Part shown: one piece after another, positions 57,885 through 64,000 of the stretch
How the letters are laid out: each line of letters begins with the position of its first letter
Numbering within the stretch: the first letter of the stretch is position 1
From: Candidatus Latescibacterota bacterium
GTDB taxonomy: Bacteria > Latescibacterota > UBA2968
DNA: 64,000 nt
NCBI GenBank assembly: GCA_965198115.1
Contig: OZ240241.1
Coordinates: forward strand, 3,488,001-3,552,000
Direction: 5' to 3'
Notes under the pieces: model-generated
The model's input: the letters and a program-made list of their open reading frames with translations, nothing else
Database searches by the model: none
Told to the model about the DNA's origin: nothing
Program-made: the position numbers and the translations under genes

Positions 57885-57989
57885 TCCACCTCCTCGTAAC
57901 CCGTCCAAAACGTGACAGGCTCTCACCGGGATATCACATTCCGTGCGGGGCACCGCCCGATCGCCCACTTCATTCCACACAACACAAGT

Positions 57990-58620
57990 CATGACCTCCG
58001 GCAAAGCCGGAGGCTTGAAAACTTGTGAACCGCTCAAAGCGGTTGGAAACCAAGCGCCACCTAAAGGTGGCGATTACCTGAAAATGTTGAGCTGGTCGAG
58101 ACGCCGGTCCTCCCGCTCCTGGTTCTGGATATACTCCCGAACCGTCTGTTCATCCTTGCCAACGGTGGAGACCCAGTAGCCTCTTGCCCAGAAATGCTGC
58201 CCGGTGAAGTTCGACCTGCGTCCCAGATAGTTCCGAGCAATGTGAATCGCACTCTTTCCTTTGATGAACCCTACCGTCTGAGCTACTGAGTGCTTCGGCG
58301 GGATCGAAATCAGCATGTGCACATGGTCGGATCGCAGGTGACCCTCTTCCACACGGCATTCCTTCTGTGCGGCCAGATCCCGAATCACCTCGCCCAGATA
58401 GCGACGAATTTCACCATACAACACTTTTCTACGATACTTCCGAACCCAAACAACGTCATACTTGCACTCCCATACCGTGTGACGTAGACTCCTTACGTTG
58501 TTCATTAGAGAGCCTTCCTTCCGTGTGCTTTGAGCGGTCCACGGCAAGGGAGGCTCTTACATATTTCTGGAACTGTCAAACTCTGGGAGTCTCCCCGGCA
58601 GAGCCGGGGGCTTACCAAGG
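57990..58620 (-). mobile_element. tnpA: IS200-like element, tnpA only (58074..58505)
   Basis: HUH motif DHVHML, KYRRK, IKGKSA, FWARGY, YIQNQ. Subterminal hairpins cctccggcaaagccggagg and ccccggcagagccgggg. Exact ends uncertain. Confidence 0.9.
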
Positions 58621-58872
58621 TTTAGTTACATCTAACTTATTGCAGGACAGCGACCAACGATGACTCTGTTCTGCCGGCCCCCGATTGGCATACCCCTTGC
58701 ATTCAACATGAGTGCACTGCCAAGCGTGAGCTGCTCAGGTCGGGGCTGAAGCCGGAGATCCTCAGCCTTCCAGGAAGACACGATCCGTAATATTCGGGGG
58801 AATGGCACAGATTGTGTCTGATGCTGGTGAGGGCCTCCGGCTTCCCGGCCGAACCTCTTGTCGGGAATCACC

Positions 58873-59241
58873 GTGGCGCGCATCCTTATTATCGACGACG
58901 ACCCACAGCTTTGCGACGTTCTGGAGCTCCTTTTGAGCGAGCACGAGCATCAGGTCACGTCGGTCCAATCCCTCGGTGGATTCAACAAGGTCCTTTCCGG
59001 CGACCCGCCGGATGTCGTGCTCCTCGACCTGAATCTTCCAGACGTCAACGGGATCGAGCTCCTTCCTCGCATCAAGCTCACCTGGCCCTCCACCATCGTC
59101 GGCATCATCACCGGCATCAACGATTACCGTGTCGAGGACCTCCTCTTCGAAGCCGGCGCAGATCAATATTTCACAAAGCCATTCCACGCGGCCGACATCG
59201 CCGAATCGATCGAACGGTTTCTGGCCAAACGGGCGAGTTAG
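58873..59241 (+). CDS. Single-domain response regulator
   Basis: ILIIDDD, DVVLLDLNLPDVNG, ITG, TKPF. Confidence 0.9.
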   Translation: MARILIIDDDPQLCDVLELLLSEHEHQVTSVQSLGGFNKVLSGDPPDVVLLDLNLPDVNGIELLPRIKLTWPSTIVGIITGINDYRVEDLLFEAGADQYFTKPFHAADIAESIERFLAKRAS

Positions 59242-59310
59242 CGTCCTGCTCACAATAGGCCGACGAGCGTCATTGATCAACCGTCGACGAGTTAAGGGCT
59301 TCGCCACTTA

Positions 59311-60572
59311 GTACTCCTGTTCTCAAATACGGTGACGTATTCTAAGCAGACTTTGCCAAGGGCGTATCGTAGAACCTGAGTTTGTCGATCATCTCCGCGA
59401 GATCTGTTCGTGTGAACTTCCATTTGAAGGGTGTGGCGATACGTCCGTAGCGTTCCTGAAAACCGAGGATTCTTGCCTCAAGCTCTTCGAGCGATGCAAA
59501 TTCGATAGGTGTCAGAGCCTTGCGTTTGAGGATCGAGAAGTAGATCTCGATCTGATTGAGCCAGCTTGCGTGGATCGGAAGGTGAACGGGGTGGATGTTT
59601 GGCCACTTCCCCTGGATACGGTCGATGCATGTTTGCCCTCGGTGCGAGGAGCCATTATCCACGATGAGGTAGACTTTCTTTGCCGAGCAATAGGGTTTCC
59701 GGCTCATGATCAGGCTCAGGAGCCGGTTGAAGGGCTCGATACCCGAAGAAGACTCACAGAGACCGAAGATTCGACCATTGTGCACGTCGAGAGCAGCCAG
59801 ATAGGCCAGGGCTCCTTTCCGCTCGTATTCGTGTTTCAACGCGTGCCGCTCTGTTCGAGGCTGGCGGTAGGGTAACGTGCTTGCGAGCTCGTGCTTGAAT
59901 ACTGGTCTTTTCGTCGGCAGAAAGTACATATTCCCTCGGCCCTAAAGGCTTTCCTTGCCATTGGCGGTGATACAGATCAAGGACTCTACCTGCTTTGGTT
60001 TGGAAGTCCGGGTCCCGTGGGAAAATCCAGGAGCGATGATACCAAGGACGAATCGCGTCCTCGTTCAACCAGCGCCAGACAGTGGCGCCGCTGATCTTGG
60101 CAACGAAGCCCCTTTGCACTGCCTCGGCGGCAATCTCGGAACAGCTGAACCGCGAGAGCGGTATCCCGCTCTCGCTCGGTAGTTCACACGCCAGCGCCTT
60201 GATCTGAACGACCACCTGAGGGGGGAAAACCGGGCGGGCGCCCGGGACGAGATCTATCTTCGAGTCCCGAAAGACGCTCTTCGAAAAAGCGCTTACGCCA
60301 TTTGCTTACGATCGGACGCGGGACATCCAACCGTTGGGCGATAATCTTGTTGGATAATCCCTCGGCGGCGAGAAGCACGATTTTCGATCGGATCACTTGA
60401 TAATACGATAACGTATATTGTCCAGCCATTCGCTCGAGGTCGACCCGTTCCTTCTCAGACAGTAGCACCACATAAGGCGAACGTCTTGGCATTGTTCTCC
60501 TCCTTTTGAAGGAGAACATAAGCTACAAATAATGTTCAGAACATACGTAATAATATTTATGAAACCATGCAC
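59311..60572 (-). mobile_element. IS630-family element copy 3
   Basis: Near-identical to 6910-8171; flanks TTA/TAA. Confidence 0.92.
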
Positions 60573-60691
60573 TAAGTGTCCCTGTGCACAGCGTAAGGAC
60601 GAGAGGAAGCGCATTCTTTTTCATGAAAATAAAAACGTTACGCTCGCCCTCGTGCTCTGCACGAGGGCGCTTTTCTTCGCGTAAGACCCGC

Positions 60692-61386
60692 CTACAACAG
60701 CCCCACTTCTTTGAAGCTCGTGAATCGATCGGCTGCAAGAATCACGTGGTCGACGACCTCGATACCCATAATGTCGCCGGCCTGCACGAGCCGACGCGTG
60801 AGTTCGATGTCCTGACGGCTGGGGGTGACGTCACCGGAGGGATGGTTGTGAGCCAGAATCACGCTGGCTGCCGACGATCCAATCGCGGGAGCGAACACCT
60901 CACGCGGGTGGACGAGCGAGCCGTTCAGGCTCCCGACCGATACTTCCTCGCGGGCGATCACCTGGTTCCGAGCGTTTAAAAACAGTGCCATGAAGTGTTC
61001 CTTTCTCCGATCCCGAATATCGGCGATCAGAGCGACAACATCCTGGGGCCCGCGTATGCAAGGCGCCAGACCCATGCCTTTATCGAGACCACGACGAGCC
61101 AGCTCGAACGCCGCGAGCACCGAAGCGGTCTTCGCGCGTCCGATCCCTTTCACGCCGGTCAGCGTTCCGAAGTCCATGGTCAGCAGGTCCGCCGGTTCGT
61201 GTTGACGTAGGATCCGGCCGGCCACATCGAGCACACTGCGTCCTTCGTATCCCGTTCGTAGAAGGACGGCCAGCAATTCCTCGTCGCGCAGGCCCTCCGA
61301 CCCACGCGTTCGAGTTTCTCACGCGGAAGGTCCACGTCGGCGACGCCCTCGATCTTTTCTCTTCCGTTGCGTAGTCGGTCGGTCAC
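60692..61386 (-). CDS. radC: RadC (JAB domain) protein; 1-nt frameshift near 61300
   Basis: LPREKL, ELLAVLLRTG, GIG.AK, VHPREVF, LAHNHPSGD..PS..D, DHVI. The shift is in a G run. Confidence 0.9.
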
Positions 61387-61420
61387 GACGCATTCCCACG
61401 CAAACCCAATGCCGACGACG

Positions 61421-61459
61421 AAAAAGGGGCAGACGCCCGTGGTCACTGGCGTTGCCCCT
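61421..61459 (-). terminator. Intrinsic terminator after the HDOD operon
   Basis: aggggcagacgcc / ggcgttgcccct stem with a T run on the minus strand. Confidence 0.6.
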
Positions 61460-61518
61460 CGTCCTGCGGTCTTTCGAGTGGAACAGGCTATGCTATAACT
61501 GGATGCACTTGAAAAGAA

Positions 61519-62904
61519 TTATCGGGCGTGGATGTATCGCTCGACGCGCTCGGTCAGCAGCGTCACGGAGAAGGGTTTGGCGATGTAGTCGTTGGCGCCG
61601 CACTCGATGGCCTCGGTCACCATCCGCACGTCGGTCGTGGACGTGAGCATCACGATGGGGGTCGCGCGCAGCCTGACCTCGCTCCTGATGGACTTGAGTG
61701 CTTCGATTCCGTCCATCACGGGCATCATGATGTCCATCAGAATCAGGTCCGGCTGTTCCTGCCGCGCAAGGTCGATGGCTTCTTCCCCATTCAGCGCGAC
61801 GACCACATCGTAGCCCATCCGCTTGAGCATCGCGGAGATGGCCGTCCTGGTGGCCGCGGAGTCCTCGGCCACCAGAATGCGCTTGGACGACGACGCCTGT
61901 ATCCGTTGGCGTGCCTTCCGCAGCGAGGATCCGCACTCCTTGCAGAATTTGTGGCCCGGGCCGTTCTCCGTCGTGCACGCGGGACACGTCTCCTGATAAT
62001 CGGCGTCGGGGACCTCCTCGGTTTCCCCGGTCCTGAACAGCAGCCTCACCGATGCGATCTCCGCGGGCAGGTCGGACATCAGCCCATCCAGGGAGGCTTC
62101 GTCGAGTCCCAGCAGATCGCTAGCCCGCTCGGCCAGAAGCCCCCGCACCGGGTCATCTTCATCGGCGTAGTGGGCGTCGGACAGGAGGCTCGCCACGTTG
62201 AGAAGATGAATGGAGAGCGGTAACTCTCCGGCCGTCGCGGTCGAGTCAAGCTCGGCCCCCTGATCCAGGTAATGATGATACCGGATGGGAACCGTCATGT
62301 TCGGCGGGAGATTCCATCGTTCGGCCAGGCGGGCGCCGATCTCCGCGTGATCGGTCCCGAGTGAGGCGAGTTCGGCCTGGGAGATGTGGATGCCTCGCTC
62401 TGCGGCCGTCGCGAGCGCGTAACCGTGCAACACGGGCAGGTATCGCGCGAGGAGATACGTGCCGATGTTCTGTAGCAGAGAAATCGTGAAGATGCCGTGG
62501 GAGGCCTCGCGATTGACACGCGAGGTAATCATAACTGCGGCGACTGCGTTGGCGAGGGAACGTTCCCAGAACTGCTCGTAGTTGAAGCCGACCACGTCGA
62601 CCTTCGGCAGGCTGCTCATGGCGGCGAGGCCGAGAGCGATCGACCCAACCTGCTTGAAACCCATCAGGCTGACCGCTTCGCTGACGCTGCTGATCCCGCG
62701 TGAGAATCCGTAGAAAGGCGAGTTGATGATCTGGAGGACCTTGGCTGAAAGGGCCATGTCCTTCTCGATCAGCTCCGCGACCTCCTTGACCGTCGTCTCC
62801 GGTCCATCGGTCGCCTCGATCACTCGGGTCGCAACGATCGGGAGTGTCGGCAAGGCATCCTCGATCAGCCGAAGGACGTCACCATCCTAGATCTCTAATG
62901 CCAT
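61519..62904 (-). CDS. HDOD, zinc-ribbon and receiver domain protein; in-frame TAG at codon 6
   Basis: LPTLP, D.ALSAKVL..INSPFYG, DHAEIGA.LA..WNLP, YHH; CPAC...FCKECG; VAEDS, MDIMMP, KPF. ATG at 62904 after GGGGAG; TAG at 62887-62889; alternative TTG at 62853. Confidence 0.85.
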
Positions 62905-62970
62905 CCAGGCGCACTCCCCACCTTACGTGGCTCGCGTGTGGACTCCACCACCGAAGCACTCCCCCGAATC

Positions 62971-63345
62971 CTACGACCCCAGTGCTGCTCGAACACAGGC
63001 AATCAGCGCGTCTGGCTTGACCGGCTTTTGCAAAGTCGAGATCGCACCAAGTTGTTCGGCGAGCCGGAAGATGTCAAGCTTTTCCCGGAGATCGATGCCC
63101 GAAACGGCGATGACTTGGGCTTCCGAATCGAATTCCCGCAGCTTGCCGATCACGTCGAGACCCCCCTTTTCGGGCATGAAAAGGTCCGTGACCACGAGGT
63201 CGAAGGGCTCGGCCTTGTAGGCCTGGATTCCTTCCGCACTGTTCGTCGCCTCCGTAACGACGAAATCCGCCTTTTCGAGGATGTCCCGCAGGATGGCTCG
63301 AGAAACCGCGTCATCGTCGACGACGAGGATACGTGCCGGCATCAC
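62971..63345 (-). CDS. Single-domain response regulator
   Basis: ILVVDDD, DLVVTDLFMP..GG, VSG, KP. Overlaps the kinase stop. Confidence 0.9.
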   Translation of the reverse strand: MMPARILVVDDDAVSRAILRDILEKADFVVTEATNSAEGIQAYKAEPFDLVVTDLFMPEKGGLDVIGKLREFDSEAQVIAVSGIDLREKLDIFRLAEQLGAISTLQKPVKPDALIACVRAALGS

Positions 63346-64000
63346 ACTTCGTCCTCTGAATACTTCACAACCGGCCCCTCCACGGGGATTCGGATGGCGA
63401 ACGTCGTTCCGTCGACCGAGGACGAAGTCACGGCAATCGAGCCGTCGTGTGCCTCCACGAACAGCCTGGCGATCGTCGTTCCAAGACCAGTGCCCTTGTT
63501 GGCCCGCTTCGTCGTGTTGAATTTTTCGAAGATCGTGGCCAGACGGTCGGGCGGGATCGGCTCGCCGCCGTTCGTCACACGCACCTCGACCGCTTCCCCC
63601 TGGTCGAGCAACTGTATGACCACTTCACCCTCGTCGTGCTCGAGAGCGTTCTTGACGAGATTTGCGATCGCGCGTTGAAGAATCTGCGGATCGTGACGCA
63701 CGAGCAACGGATCAGGCCCGTTCCGCTCGACGCGAACCCGCGTGTCGCTGGCCCCCTCCACGCCCTGCACCGCATCCATCACGGACGTTTCGATCGTTTT
63801 GTAGATATCACCCTCGAGAGGCCGCAACGGAATCTCACCCCGTTCGTACTGCTGCACTTCACGGGTCATGTCCAGAAGACGTTCGAGACGCTTACCACCC
63901 TGCCAGATCGCGTCGAGATACTTGACGACCCGCTCGTCGCTCTGGATGTCTGGAAAGTCCTCGAGCAGCATCTGGGAAAACGCCAAAATGGGGGTCAACG
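63342..64000 (-). CDS. Histidine kinase C-terminal part; 5' end outside window
   Basis: LTPI (after H box), NLVKNALEH, NGGEPIP, IFEKF, GTGLG, GTTF. Confidence 0.88.
   Translation of the reverse strand, partial: LTPILAFSQMLLEDFPDIQSDERVVKYLDAIWQGGKRLERLLDMTREVQQYERGEIPLRPLEGDIYKTIETSVMDAVQGVEGASDTRVRVERNGPDPLLVRHDPQILQRAIANLVKNALEHDEGEVVIQLLDQGEAVEVRVTNGGEPIPPDRLATIFEKFNTTKRANKGTGLGTTIARLFVEAHDGSIAVTSSSVDGTTFAIRIPVEGPVVKYSEDEV

Noticed and set aside
57990-58620. TnpB/omega-RNA system
   Set aside because: Only tnpA lies between the two hairpins; no tnpB or iscB.
3098-62889. Amber recoding suggested by in-frame TAGs at 3098, 33423 and 62887
   Set aside because: pfkA, gap, pgk and radC end at TAG at their expected C-termini, in-frame TAA and TGA lesions also occur, and no pyl genes or suppressor tRNA are present. 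Nonsense mutation is simpler.

Overview
GC-rich bacterial chromosome segment. A Latescibacterota/Poribacteria-like host is a weak inference from the EF-hand/dockerin-tailed secreted protein, sugar-binding-domain kinase and PhyH/BNR/NHL content. About 15 IS copies or remnants from 7 families (IS1380, IS256, IS630, ISAzo13, ISL3, IS200/IS605, IS3) cover roughly a quarter of the window. Many genes are broken: some lesions are 1-nt homopolymer indels that may be sequencing errors, but others are nonsense substitutions, short duplications, deletions and IS insertions that look like real decay. Layout: (1) tRNA-Ile2(CAT) followed by a satellite-like island (integrase with an in-frame amber, intact P4/D5-type primase-helicase, excisionase) whose cargo (HNH nuclease, NB-ARC ATPase, EEP nuclease, extra primases) is fragmented around an intact SulP gene, ~2.6-18.4 kb; (2) surface-glycan locus with GT4s, two DegT aminotransferases, radical SAM, PHP, WbqC, LmbE and WecA/MraY-like genes, ~18.4-31.7 kb; (3) broken Ig-like protein, 2-hydroxyacid dehydrogenase, nested IS pile, sensor kinases, BNR, NHL and PhyH genes; (4) pfkA-gap-pgk-tpiA-secG-tRNA-Leu, comF; (5) an intact HAD-YvcK/GlmR fusion coupled to a second HAD gene, my best candidate for an undescribed system; (6) DUF62 enzyme, radC and an HK/RR/HDOD-Zn-ribbon-REC operon. 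No CRISPR array or rRNA was seen. All family calls come from motif recognition, not database searches.
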